Assembly: GCA_903910645.1 (NCBI GenBank)
Contig: CAIWAD010000172.1
Coordinates: forward strand, 11,495-75,494
Direction of reading: 5' to 3'
Length of the DNA: 64,000 nt
From: an uncultured bacterium
GTDB lineage: Bacteria; CAIWAD01
Below the pieces are notes generated by a model. The model had not been told where the DNA came from, did no database searches, and saw nothing but the letters and a program-made list of their open reading frames with translations. This document shows, piece by piece, positions 54,376-64,000 of this stretch (position 1 is the first letter of the stretch; each line of letters begins with the position of its first letter). The position numbers were made by a program, and so were the translations under genes.

Positions 54376-56229
54376 TCAGGGGCGCCAACTCCACTCCAGC
54401 CGCGCCCACAGGTTTCGTCTGGGCCTGGGGGAGGAACTCAAGCGCTCGCCCACCCACTCCCATTTCAAATCCAGGTGCAGGCTGCCAGTGGCGGTGGCAC
54501 GGTGGACCTGCAGCAGAGGCCCCTGTCGGCGCTGCCAACGCACCAGCGTGCTCCGCCGCTGGCCACTGGCGGCGGACCAGTCCCAATCCCGGCGATCCAG
54601 CCAATCCCAGCCTGGAGTCAGGGCCCAGCTTCCCCGGCGCGCCTCCAGCGAAACGCCGGTCTGCCACTCAAGCGCGGAGTCCGAGAGGCGCTCAAGGCCG
54701 TCGGCTTTCAGATAACTGCCACCGTCCTCTTCCATCCAGCGACCACGGGTTTCCAGGGTCCACCGCCACCGGCTCCTGGGCAGGGCGAGCTCCCGCCGGG
54801 CTTTCTCCTGCACCTGCAGACGGCGCTGGATCCAACTGCGGGGCTCATCCGCGCTGTCGAAATCGTAAAGCCGGTAATCCGCCACCACCTGCCCACTTCC
54901 AGCCAGCAGCCAGGCGCCCAGACGCATGCGATGCCCGGCGGCGGCCCTCCAGGTGCGACCCTGATGATTGGCCTGACTGCGGCTTGCCTGCACATGGCGC
55001 TCGGCGGACAGCTGCAAGCCGCACTCCAGCGACAGGCGGGCTCCCGTGCCCAGCACGTGACTCCAGCGCAACAGGCCTTCACGCCGGGCCTGGTCCATGT
55101 CGTCCGGATCCCGTGGAAGCAGTCCCATGAAGTCCGTGTCCCTGCGCCTCAGTTCCGTGGCGCTGAACAGGCCCAGGCTGTCGGATCCCGGCAACCACAG
55201 CAGTTGGGCATGCAAGCGCTGCCGCGCAATGGCACTGCGCGATCCGCCCGCTGCCGTCATGGTGCCCGCCTGGGTCTCCTGGGCCTGACGCAGGAACAAC
55301 AGGCCGCCCTTCAATCGCCAAGCCCCCGCCGACAGGAAAGGCTCCAGTTGAAGCTCCAACCCACGGTCAAAATAGGAGGCGCGGGTTGCGCTGCTGTCCT
55401 CCTCATCTTGGGGATCACGATCCTGCCGACGACTCCAGGCCTGGACCCTTGCGGACATCAGGGCCCCTTTGGCCAAACGCCCCTGGTAGAGGTTCTCCAC
55501 CTCCAGATCCAGACTACCGCGCCTTTCCAGCTTCTCCACCAGCGGATTGGGGAAGGCGTCCTCCCGTGACCGGCGCAAAGCCAGACGCGTGCTGTTCCGT
55601 GTCTCCTCCGGCCCCTTCCAGTGGGCGTTCACCACTGCGTCCTGACGCTGATTTCGCCTGTCGCCCGGCTCCTCCAGGACGGCGCTCCCCCGTCCATCCA
55701 GGCGCAGCGTGCCCGATGTTCCCGCCATCCCCAGGCTGGCCCCCACACGAAGGCCCTGATCCTGGCCCGACTGTCGCCGGTCCTGTATCCATCCCGCCAG
55801 GACTTCCGCCTCAACGAAACCGGCATGGCGGATGCCCGCCTCCAGTGACTGTCCCAAAGTCTCGCGCAGACTGCGCCGCTCGTTGAACAAGCTCTGCCTT
55901 GCCTTCCAGCGCAAGCGCCAGGGACCGTCCAATCGATGGGTACCGTCCAGCAGGGTTTGCTCGAACAGGCGACGACTGTCCCGGTTGTAGGCGCGGAAGC
56001 CCGCCCGCCATTCCGCCTTCACCTCAAGGCGCAGACTGTCCTTTCCCTGGGCCACGGAATGACTGGCCAGGAGGCGCGCACTATGGTCCTCCAGACCGCG
56101 CATGCCGTCCTGACGGAATTCCAGCGGCCAGGCGGGTGTGGAAAGCAGGAATGGCAGGAAGATCTGGAGCGCGGGCCCAAGGACCTTCAAGAAGGGCCGA
56201 ATGACGGGGCGGCGTGCCGTGCGCACCAT
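54376..56229 (-). CDS. hypothetical Arg/Trp-rich protein, putative outer-membrane beta-barrel
   Basis: Internal ATG of ORF 54376..56322, with a hydrophobic N-terminus LGPALQIFLPFLLSTPAWP. Alternating R/W/L strand-like segments run to the C-terminus (...NLWARLEWSWRP). I recognise no motif. Confidence 0.6.
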   Translation of the reverse strand: MVRTARRPVIRPFLKVLGPALQIFLPFLLSTPAWPLEFRQDGMRGLEDHSARLLASHSVAQGKDSLRLEVKAEWRAGFRAYNRDSRRLFEQTLLDGTHRLDGPWRLRWKARQSLFNERRSLRETLGQSLEAGIRHAGFVEAEVLAGWIQDRRQSGQDQGLRVGASLGMAGTSGTLRLDGRGSAVLEEPGDRRNQRQDAVVNAHWKGPEETRNSTRLALRRSREDAFPNPLVEKLERRGSLDLEVENLYQGRLAKGALMSARVQAWSRRQDRDPQDEEDSSATRASYFDRGLELQLEPFLSAGAWRLKGGLLFLRQAQETQAGTMTAAGGSRSAIARQRLHAQLLWLPGSDSLGLFSATELRRRDTDFMGLLPRDPDDMDQARREGLLRWSHVLGTGARLSLECGLQLSAERHVQASRSQANHQGRTWRAAAGHRMRLGAWLLAGSGQVVADYRLYDFDSADEPRSWIQRRLQVQEKARRELALPRSRWRWTLETRGRWMEEDGGSYLKADGLERLSDSALEWQTGVSLEARRGSWALTPGWDWLDRRDWDWSAASGQRRSTLVRWQRRQGPLLQVHRATATGSLHLDLKWEWVGERLSSSPRPRRNLWARLEWSWRP

Positions 56230-56242
56230 GCCTGTTCCCGCC

Positions 56243-56908
56243 TCAGATCTGGCCAGGGGATTGCTGCTCCGCCAGGCGCCGGGCGCGTTCCTCTTCGGAG
56301 ACCTGCTGCACCAGGGCACCACCGGACATGACCAGCTTCACCGCATCCTCCACCGGCATGTCAAGCTGGATCACTTCGTCCTCTGGCACATAGACCAACA
56401 TGCCGCTGGTGGGGTTTGGCGTGGTGGGAATGAAGATGGACAGGAGGCGGTTGTCCAGCGGTCCCCGCAGGCGTTCACGGATCTCGCCGCCGGCCCGCCG
56501 GGTAAGGAAGCCGATGGACCAGATGCCGGGACGGGGATACTCCACCAGCACGGCCTGGCGGAAGAGCTCGCTCTTGGAAGAGACGAAGGAATCCAGGATC
56601 TGCCGCACGGCGCGCGTGAGCTTGCTGAGAAAGGGGATGCGCTCCACCAGGCTCTTGCCCACGCGCAGCACCTGCAAACCCAGGTAGTGCTTGGTCAAGG
56701 CGCCCACCAGCAGGATGAGCAGGATCAGCAGGATGAAGCCCAGCCCGGGGATGTAGGGAAGGTGGGCGCGGTGCAGCATGGACTGGATGATGCTTCCCAG
56801 CACGCTGTCCAGCCACTTGAAGACTCCCACCAGAACCCAGATGGAAAGTCCCACCGGCGTCAGGGTTACGACGCCGGCCATGAAGGTGTTGCGCAGGCGT
56901 CGCCACAT
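56243..56908 (-). CDS. DUF502 domain-containing membrane protein
   Basis: The sequence MAGVVTLTPVGLSIWVL...IPGLGFILLILLILLVGAL...ERIPFLSKL...TTPNPTSGMLVYVPE is typical of the DUF502 layout. Confidence 0.8.
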   Translation of the reverse strand: MWRRLRNTFMAGVVTLTPVGLSIWVLVGVFKWLDSVLGSIIQSMLHRAHLPYIPGLGFILLILLILLVGALTKHYLGLQVLRVGKSLVERIPFLSKLTRAVRQILDSFVSSKSELFRQAVLVEYPRPGIWSIGFLTRRAGGEIRERLRGPLDNRLLSIFIPTTPNPTSGMLVYVPEDEVIQLDMPVEDAVKLVMSGGALVQQVSEEERARRLAEQQSPGQI

Positions 56909-56911
56909 GGA

Positions 56912-57307
56912 TCAGGGCCTCCCTTCCGTGGCCGCCTTGCCCTTTCCCGTGCTGTCCGGTGGCAAAGCAACGCGCAGAATCTCTTCACCGGGACGGGCCA
57001 TGCCCATCAGTCGGGCCTCTTCTTCCAGTGTGAAGGGATCCTTCACCTTCAACCGCATATTGCGGCTGCGGTACCAGTTGATGCGCGCCTGCAACTGGGT
57101 GGAGCGGTTGTCCAGGGAGTCCAGGGTCTCCCGCAGGCGGCGATGCACCAACAGGCCTTGATCTCCCAGTACGAACCACGCCAGGCCGGCCACCGCCGCC
57201 AGCACCAGGCTGAGTTTCATGCCCGGGCTGGCAAGAGGCGCCCGCCCCTCGCGCCAATCCCTGACGCGAGTTGCGAGCGCCCCCGCGATGTCCCGCAAAG
57301 GCCTCAT
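56912..57307 (-). CDS. ftsB: septum formation initiator family protein (FtsB/DivIC-like)
   Basis: It has a single TM helix LSLVLAAVAGLAWFVL and a coiled coil. The conserved tail is DPFTLEEEARLMGMARPGEEILRV. It sits in the canonical position just downstream of eno. An alternative start is the ATG at 57220. Confidence 0.7.
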   Translation of the reverse strand: MRPLRDIAGALATRVRDWREGRAPLASPGMKLSLVLAAVAGLAWFVLGDQGLLVHRRLRETLDSLDNRSTQLQARINWYRSRNMRLKVKDPFTLEEEARLMGMARPGEEILRVALPPDSTGKGKAATEGRP

Positions 57308-57312
57308 GCAGC

Positions 57313-58620
<1,308 letters not shown>

Positions 58621-58630
58621 TCAGGCCGCT

Positions 58631-58948
58631 TCAGGGGGCCGCGTCGGGGCCCTGGGCCAGCGCGCGCTTCAGGATCATCACCGTCGCCCCGCCACAGGGG
58701 CCCAGTCCACAGGCCACCCAGCCGTCGCGCTCCCGCTGACGCAGGATTTTGCGCAGAGTGGCGTCGTCACGCCCGGTAACCGCCACCACCTGATGGTCGT
58801 GGCGTGTGGCTTCCTTGCGGACGATGATGCGGGGGCCTGTCACATCGCCCATGGCGGCCACCGTAAGGCCCTCCGACTCGATGGTCTTGAGCAGGCTCTC
58901 CAGCTCACGACGATCTGTGAAGGTGGCGTCCATCACCTGGTGCGACAT
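58631..58948 (-). CDS. hypothetical small protein
   Basis: Internal ATG of ORF 58631..59086 with an AAGGGGA RBS and GC3 bias. I recognise no motif (MSHQVMDATFTDRRELESLLKTIESEGL...). Confidence 0.5.
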   Translation of the reverse strand: MSHQVMDATFTDRRELESLLKTIESEGLTVAAMGDVTGPRIIVRKEATRHDHQVVAVTGRDDATLRKILRQRERDGWVACGLGPCGGATVMILKRALAQGPDAAP

Positions 58949-59100
58949 GTGGGTTCCCCTTGTTGCGACAAGCCTGTGGCGTTTGGCGTCCCAAGGTGGA
59001 AAAGTCGCGGCCCATGGGCAACAAAAGCGCTCCAATAGTGGATCCACGGGCAGCACAACGGGTGTTTTGTAGGTTGCCGCCATCAAATGGGGAGAAGGAC

Positions 59101-60543
59101 ATGGCCCGCCCGCGCGATCGATACGAAAATCCCTTGCAGGGGCGCTATGCCAGCGCCGCCATGAGCCGCATCTTCAGCCCCGATTTCAAGTTCCGCACCT
59201 GGAGGCAATTGTGGATCGCCCTGGCGGAAGCCCAGCGACAGCTTGGCCTGCCAGTGACGGAGGAGCAGCTGGACGAGTTGCGCGCCACGGCCAATGACAT
59301 CAACTACGAAGTGGCCGAAGAGCGCGAGCGGATGACCCGCCACGATGTGATGAGCCATGTGCACGCCTGGGGCCTGCAGTGTCCCAGGGCGGCGGGCATT
59401 ATCCATCTGGGCGCCACCAGCGCCTATGTTGGGGACAACACGGATCTCATCCAGCTGCGCGAGGCCCTGCAGCTCCTGCGCCTGCGCCTGTTGCGCGTCA
59501 TCCGGCGCATGGCGGACTTCGCTGAGCGCTGGAAAGAGCTTCCCACCCTGGGCTTCACGCATTTTCAACCGGCCCAGCCTGTCACCGTGGGCAAGCGCGC
59601 CACCTTGTGGCTGCAGGACCTGATGATGGATCTGGAGGATCTGGACCATCGGCTGGCCACCCTGCGCTTCCTGGGATCCAAGGGGACCACGGGCACCCAG
59701 GCTTCATTCATGGCGCTCTTCGATGGCGATGAGGAAAAGGTGCGCATCCTGGATGCCCGGGTGCAGGAGGCCATGGGCTTCACCCGCGACTACGCCGTGG
59801 CGGGCCAGACCTATCCCCGCAAGGAGGATGCCCGGGTCATGGATTGGCTGGCAGGCCTGGGACGCAGCGTCCATCGCATTGGCTCGGACATCCGCATCCT
59901 GCAGCACCTGAAGGAGGTGGAGGAGCCCTTCGAAAAGGAGCAGATCGGCAGCAGCGCCATGGCCTACAAGCGCAATCCCATGCGCTGCGAACGGGCCTGC
60001 AGCCTGGCAAAACTGCTCATGGCCTTGCCCCAGGGCACAGGCATGACCGCCGCCACCCAGTGGTTCGAGCGCACCCTGGATGACAGCGCCCAGAAGCGGT
60101 TGGCCGTGCCCGAGGCCTTCCTGTGCGCGGACGCCGTCCTGCTCATCCTGGAGAATGTGTTCAGCGGCCTGGTGGTCTACCCGGAAGTGATCCGCCGCCA
60201 CCTGGACGCAGAGCTGCCTTTCATGGCCACGGAGACCATCATGATGGAGGGCGTGAAGCGCGGCGGCGACCGTCAGCAATTGCACGAGGCCATCCGCCAA
60301 CTCTCCATGCGCGCCGCGCGTCGGGTGAAGGAGGAAGGCCTGGACAACAACCTGCTGGAGCTGCTGGCGGAGGACACGCGCATTCCCTTTTCACGCACCG
60401 ATCTGGCCGTGCTGTGCAATCCCCGCCATTTCACCGGACGGGCCGCCGGTCAGGTGGAGGACTATCTGCGCAACGAGATCCGTCCCCTGCTGGCGACAAA
60501 CAGCACCGCCCTGGAGGGTGAGGCGGAAGATCTGCGCGTGTGA
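59101..60543 (+). CDS. purB: adenylosuccinate lyase
   Basis: Internal ATG of ORF 58960..60543. The sequence RYENPLQGRYAS..MSRIFSPDFKFRTWRQLW...HLGATSAYVGDNTDL...GSSAMAYKRNPMRCE carries the fumarate-lyase signature. Confidence 0.93.
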   Translation: MARPRDRYENPLQGRYASAAMSRIFSPDFKFRTWRQLWIALAEAQRQLGLPVTEEQLDELRATANDINYEVAEERERMTRHDVMSHVHAWGLQCPRAAGIIHLGATSAYVGDNTDLIQLREALQLLRLRLLRVIRRMADFAERWKELPTLGFTHFQPAQPVTVGKRATLWLQDLMMDLEDLDHRLATLRFLGSKGTTGTQASFMALFDGDEEKVRILDARVQEAMGFTRDYAVAGQTYPRKEDARVMDWLAGLGRSVHRIGSDIRILQHLKEVEEPFEKEQIGSSAMAYKRNPMRCERACSLAKLLMALPQGTGMTAATQWFERTLDDSAQKRLAVPEAFLCADAVLLILENVFSGLVVYPEVIRRHLDAELPFMATETIMMEGVKRGGDRQQLHEAIRQLSMRAARRVKEEGLDNNLLELLAEDTRIPFSRTDLAVLCNPRHFTGRAAGQVEDYLRNEIRPLLATNSTALEGEAEDLRV

Positions 60544-60563
60544 CCAGGTCAGAGTAAAGGCTT

Positions 60564-60684
60564 GTCTATCCCGCGAAAAGGGTATGAGCCTGCAGATAGC
60601 ATCGCTGGCGCCATGGAAACCCCTGGATCGCGGAGCCAATCCGAGGACGAGCACGGTCGCGCGGAGAGGGAGCTCGAGCTTCGG
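60564..60684 (+). repeat. direct repeat copy A (about 121 nt), just after the purB stop
   Basis: It shares a perfect 41-nt core, cctggatcgcggagccaatccgaggacgagcacggtcgcgc (60622-60662), with 62092-62132. The flanks are similar but degenerate and begin with gtctatc. Confidence 0.9.
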
Positions 60685-60860
60685 ACATGAGAGTCGCAGT
60701 GCGCAGCGATGGGATTTCCCGTCAGGACAGAGTCACTGGGAGAAGAGATCCCGGTTCTTGCGGAGATGAAAGCGCCAACGGGGCACGAATCCACGCCACA
60801 TAAGGAAATCGAACTCTTTTATCCTTGTATATCTGTCATCTCAATGCCTGATTTTCACAC

Positions 60861-62030
60861 ATGATTCAACGACACCTCGCAACCATCCTGAACCAATCCC
60901 TTGCTGAACAAGCTGCCGTGGTCCTGTTGGGTCCCAGGCAGGCGGGCAAGACCACGCTGGCCATGCAATTGGCGGAGGGCCGTCCTTCACTTTATCTGGA
61001 TCTGGAGTCCGAAGCCGACTCCGCCATGCTCACGGAGCCCGTCCTCTTCCTAAGACAGCACTTGGATCGCCTGGTCATCCTGGATGAGGTCCATCGCGCA
61101 CCGGGTTTGTTTCCCGCTCTTCGAGGGCTCATTGACCAGGCCCGCCGGGAAGGGCGCGGAAGCGGACGATTTCTCTTGTTGGGATCCGCTTCCCTGGACC
61201 TGTTGCGCCAATCCGGCGAATCCCTTGCCGGGCGGGTGGCCTATCATGAATTGACCCCTTTCATGGCGGTGGAGACAAGCTCGCCCATGGATGAGCATTG
61301 GTTGCGGGGCGGTTTTCCACCCAGCCTGTTGGCGGCGGACAATGCCCAGAGCCTGCGCTGGAGAAGGAATTTCATCCGCAGCTATCTGGAGCGCGACCTG
61401 CCGCAGTTTGGACCGCGCATTCCTGCGGAAAGCCTGCGCCGCCTGTGGACAATGCTGGCGCATCAGCAGGGTGGCCTGCTTAACACCGCGTCCCTGAGCC
61501 GCAGCCTGGGCCTGCATGTGCGCACAGTAGGCGCCTATCTGGATCTCTTGTGTGATTTGCTCTTGGTCAGGCGCCTGCCACCGTGGCATGCGAATGTTGG
61601 CAAGAGGCTGGTGAAGTCGCCCAAGTTCTTTGTGCGCGACAGCGGCTTGGTGCACGCCTTGCTGGGCCTGGAGAACCTGGAGGCCCTGCTCTCCCATCCC
61701 GTGGCCGGTCCAAGTTGGGAAGCCTTCGTGGTGGAACAGCTCCTGGCGCTGGTGGAGCCGGAGGCCCAGGCCTTCCACTACCGTACCAGCGGTGGTGCGG
61801 AAGTGGACCTTTACATCACCTGGCCCGACGGGGAATCCTGGCAGATTGAGATCAAGCGCAGCCTGTCGCCCCGGCCCTCGCGGGGTTTCCATTCCGCCCG
61901 TCAGGATCTTCAACCCACGCGGGCCCTGATCATTCATCCGGGCGATCAGAGCTTTCCACTGGGCAATGAGATCGAAGCCCTGTCGCTGGGCGCAGTCCTT
62001 GCGGACCTGAAGCAGCGATCGCATTCATAA
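60861..62030 (+). CDS. AAA-family ATPase with DUF4143-type C-terminal domain
   Basis: Walker A LLGPRQAGKTTL and Walker B LVILDEVH are present. The C-terminal domain is restriction-endonuclease-like/DUF4143-like. The upstream 80 nt are AT-rich. Confidence 0.85.
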   Translation: MIQRHLATILNQSLAEQAAVVLLGPRQAGKTTLAMQLAEGRPSLYLDLESEADSAMLTEPVLFLRQHLDRLVILDEVHRAPGLFPALRGLIDQARREGRGSGRFLLLGSASLDLLRQSGESLAGRVAYHELTPFMAVETSSPMDEHWLRGGFPPSLLAADNAQSLRWRRNFIRSYLERDLPQFGPRIPAESLRRLWTMLAHQQGGLLNTASLSRSLGLHVRTVGAYLDLLCDLLLVRRLPPWHANVGKRLVKSPKFFVRDSGLVHALLGLENLEALLSHPVAGPSWEAFVVEQLLALVEPEAQAFHYRTSGGAEVDLYITWPDGESWQIEIKRSLSPRPSRGFHSARQDLQPTRALIIHPGDQSFPLGNEIEALSLGAVLADLKQRSHS

Positions 62031-62036
62031 CAGCAG

Positions 62037-62154
62037 GTCTATCCTCCCCGCAAAAGCGGAGAACCGCTCAGGCCTCATCGCCAGCGAAGCTCCTGGATCG
62101 CGGAGCCAATCCGAGGACGAGCACGGTCGCGCTGAGAGGGAAATCGAGTTTCGT
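62037..62154 (+). repeat. direct repeat copy B (about 118 nt), just after the ATPase stop
   Basis: See copy A. The core 62092-62132 is identical and lies 1470 nt downstream of the copy A core. Confidence 0.9.
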
Positions 62155-62166
62155 GTTGGAAGAAGG

Positions 62167-62964
<798 letters not shown>

Positions 62965-63085
62965 GGTTGACTCCGGAAATTTGGCGCGCCCAAGGTAGCA
63001 GAGCGGATCAGGGCCGCCATCCCCTTCAGTGGGAAAGCTTGCCTTGTTCCATCCTTTTCAGGAATCGCCATCCTGCCGGGTGGAG

Positions 63086-63991
63086 CTAATCGTCGTCCTC
63101 GCCATGTCCTTCGCCCCGCTCCCTTCCTTCACCGTGCCCGCGGCCCTCGCCCGCCTCGTCCTCGTCACCGGAACGATGGCAGCGCACACAGTTCTGCCAA
63201 TTGGCAATGCCCTCCTCCCGATGCTCCGCCGCCATGCGAGCCGGACGATGGGCGTGGCAACCGGTGCACGAGTAGCTCTCATAGCCCTTGCCCGGTTCAT
63301 GACAATCGGCGCAGTGGGCGGGATGGTGACCATCAAAGCGGAAATAGCGCGCGTGGTCGTAGCGGGCGGGGCGCCAGGCCTGGGTGGCGTGGCAGGCGTC
63401 GCAGGCCCCATCAGCGGCCAGGTTGCGATGCAACTCATCAACGGGCCTGTCCTTGGCATGGCAGGATTGGCAGCTCTCTGTGCGCGAGAGCGTGCTGTGG
63501 TCGAAGGTGGCGGGAGTCCAGGCGTCCAGGCCATGGCAATGGGCGCAAGCGCTGCCCGCCTTGCGGTGCAGCTCGTCCGCCGGTTCCTGGCCTCCATGGC
63601 AAGCCGCGCAATCCTGGCGAATGTCCTCCGGCAGGCGCTGGTGGGTGAAGCGGGCGGCGGCCGCCTGACCCAGTCGACCGGCATGCTCCGCGTGGCATTC
63701 CATGCAGGCGTGGTCCTGGTTGCGCTGGTGAAGACCCTGCACGGCGGGACGGGCGTGCTCCAGCTCCCCACCCTTGCTGCCACGCAGACCAATTTCCGCC
63801 GGTGCGTGGCAGGCCGTGCAGCGCTCCACCGTGACACCCACCAGGGGCTCGTGGCAAGCCGTGCAACGGTTGGCCAGCTCCCGATGGCCGTCAAGCAGAC
63901 GGCCGGGCTGCACCATGGCGCCGGGCAGAAGCCACGCCGCAACGGTGGATGCCGCCACCAGAATCAGGAAGGTGAGCACGCTGCGGTTCAT
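63086..63991 (-). CDS. decahaem c-type cytochrome with an acidic Gly/Glu/His C-terminal tail
   Basis: 301 aa with a signal peptide and 10 CXXCH motifs: CTACH x2, CMECH, CAACH, CAHCH, CQSCH, CDACH, CADCH, CTGCH and CVRCH. The tail is SGDEDEAGEGRGHGEGRERGEGHGEDDD. Confidence 0.88.
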   Translation of the reverse strand: MNRSVLTFLILVAASTVAAWLLPGAMVQPGRLLDGHRELANRCTACHEPLVGVTVERCTACHAPAEIGLRGSKGGELEHARPAVQGLHQRNQDHACMECHAEHAGRLGQAAAARFTHQRLPEDIRQDCAACHGGQEPADELHRKAGSACAHCHGLDAWTPATFDHSTLSRTESCQSCHAKDRPVDELHRNLAADGACDACHATQAWRPARYDHARYFRFDGHHPAHCADCHEPGKGYESYSCTGCHAHRPARMAAEHREEGIANWQNCVRCHRSGDEDEAGEGRGHGEGRERGEGHGEDDD

Positions 63992-64000
63992 GGCTTCACC

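Noticed and set aside
60518-60769. 83-aa ORF covering repeat copy A. The shared core translates identically (LDRGANPRTSTVA) in both copies
   Set aside because: Copy B has no in-frame start codon between the ATPase stop and the core. Copy A has no properly spaced RBS, and the flanks diverge with a 3-nt indel plus substitutions that look non-coding. I therefore treat it as a nucleotide-level repeat.
60564-62154. The two repeats read as a CRISPR array or as integron attC sites
   Set aside because: - There are only two copies, 1470 nt apart, enclosing a normal gene, so this is not a CRISPR array.
- I could not find RYYYAAC/GTTRRRY core sites or the expected internal dyad symmetry.
- No intI or cas genes are present in the window.
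63086-63991. Calling the decahaem cytochrome MtrA/DmsE
   Set aside because: Only the haem count and size match. No MtrB-type porin or outer-membrane cytochrome is adjacent in the window, and the motif spacing looks more c3/c7-like. I left it as a generic decahaem.

Overview
GC-rich bacterial chromosomal window with strong GC3 bias. It is almost fully coding: I support about 59 protein genes. By eye I found no rRNA, tRNA, CRISPR array, transposase or integrase. The long ORFs lying antisense to recognisable genes look like stop-codon-poor artefacts of the high GC content.

Gene content in order:
- Phe/Tyr catabolism on the minus strand: partial hppD, a DUF423 gene, and a long-form aromatic amino acid hydroxylase.
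- A metal and redox cluster: fetAB-like exporter, an orphan OmpR-type regulator, a DtxR/MntR-type repressor, a tiny His-rich membrane protein, and OsmC.
- A seven-gene, translationally coupled molybdenum cofactor operon: moeA-moaA-moaC-mobA(fusion)-moaD-moaE-moeB(rhodanese fusion).
- The operon I consider most interesting: an ArsR-family repressor, an octahaem Otr-like cytochrome c, two YeeE/YedE half-transporters (the second fused to a Cys-less rhodanese), and a CbcL-like 9-haem c / cytochrome b fusion.
- A small two-TM protein with a C-terminal Cys4 motif, and an outer-membrane beta-barrel candidate.
- The conserved ffh-rpsP-rimM-trmD-rplS block.
- A CarF/FAD4-type lipid desaturase divergent from a CDF transporter, then a lipoprotein and a PduO-type adenosyltransferase.
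- Two giant paralogous gingipain (C25)-like proteins with Por/T9SS-type C-terminal tails flanking a ZIP transporter. Both lack the catalytic His.
- A roughly 20 kb minus-strand housekeeping run: eno, ftsB-like, DUF502, a beta-barrel candidate, cysteine desulfurase-mnmA, panBC, a glmU N-terminal-domain-only gene, LytR_C, rsfS, pfkB, mtnA, TPR, uppS-tamB, and CDGSH.
- purB, then a DUF4143 AAA ATPase flanked by about 120-bp direct repeats.
- An FGE-family protein and a 10-haem cytochrome c at the window end.

The C-terminal sorting tails and general gene content suggest an FCB-superphylum-like, candidate-phylum organism. That is inference only.
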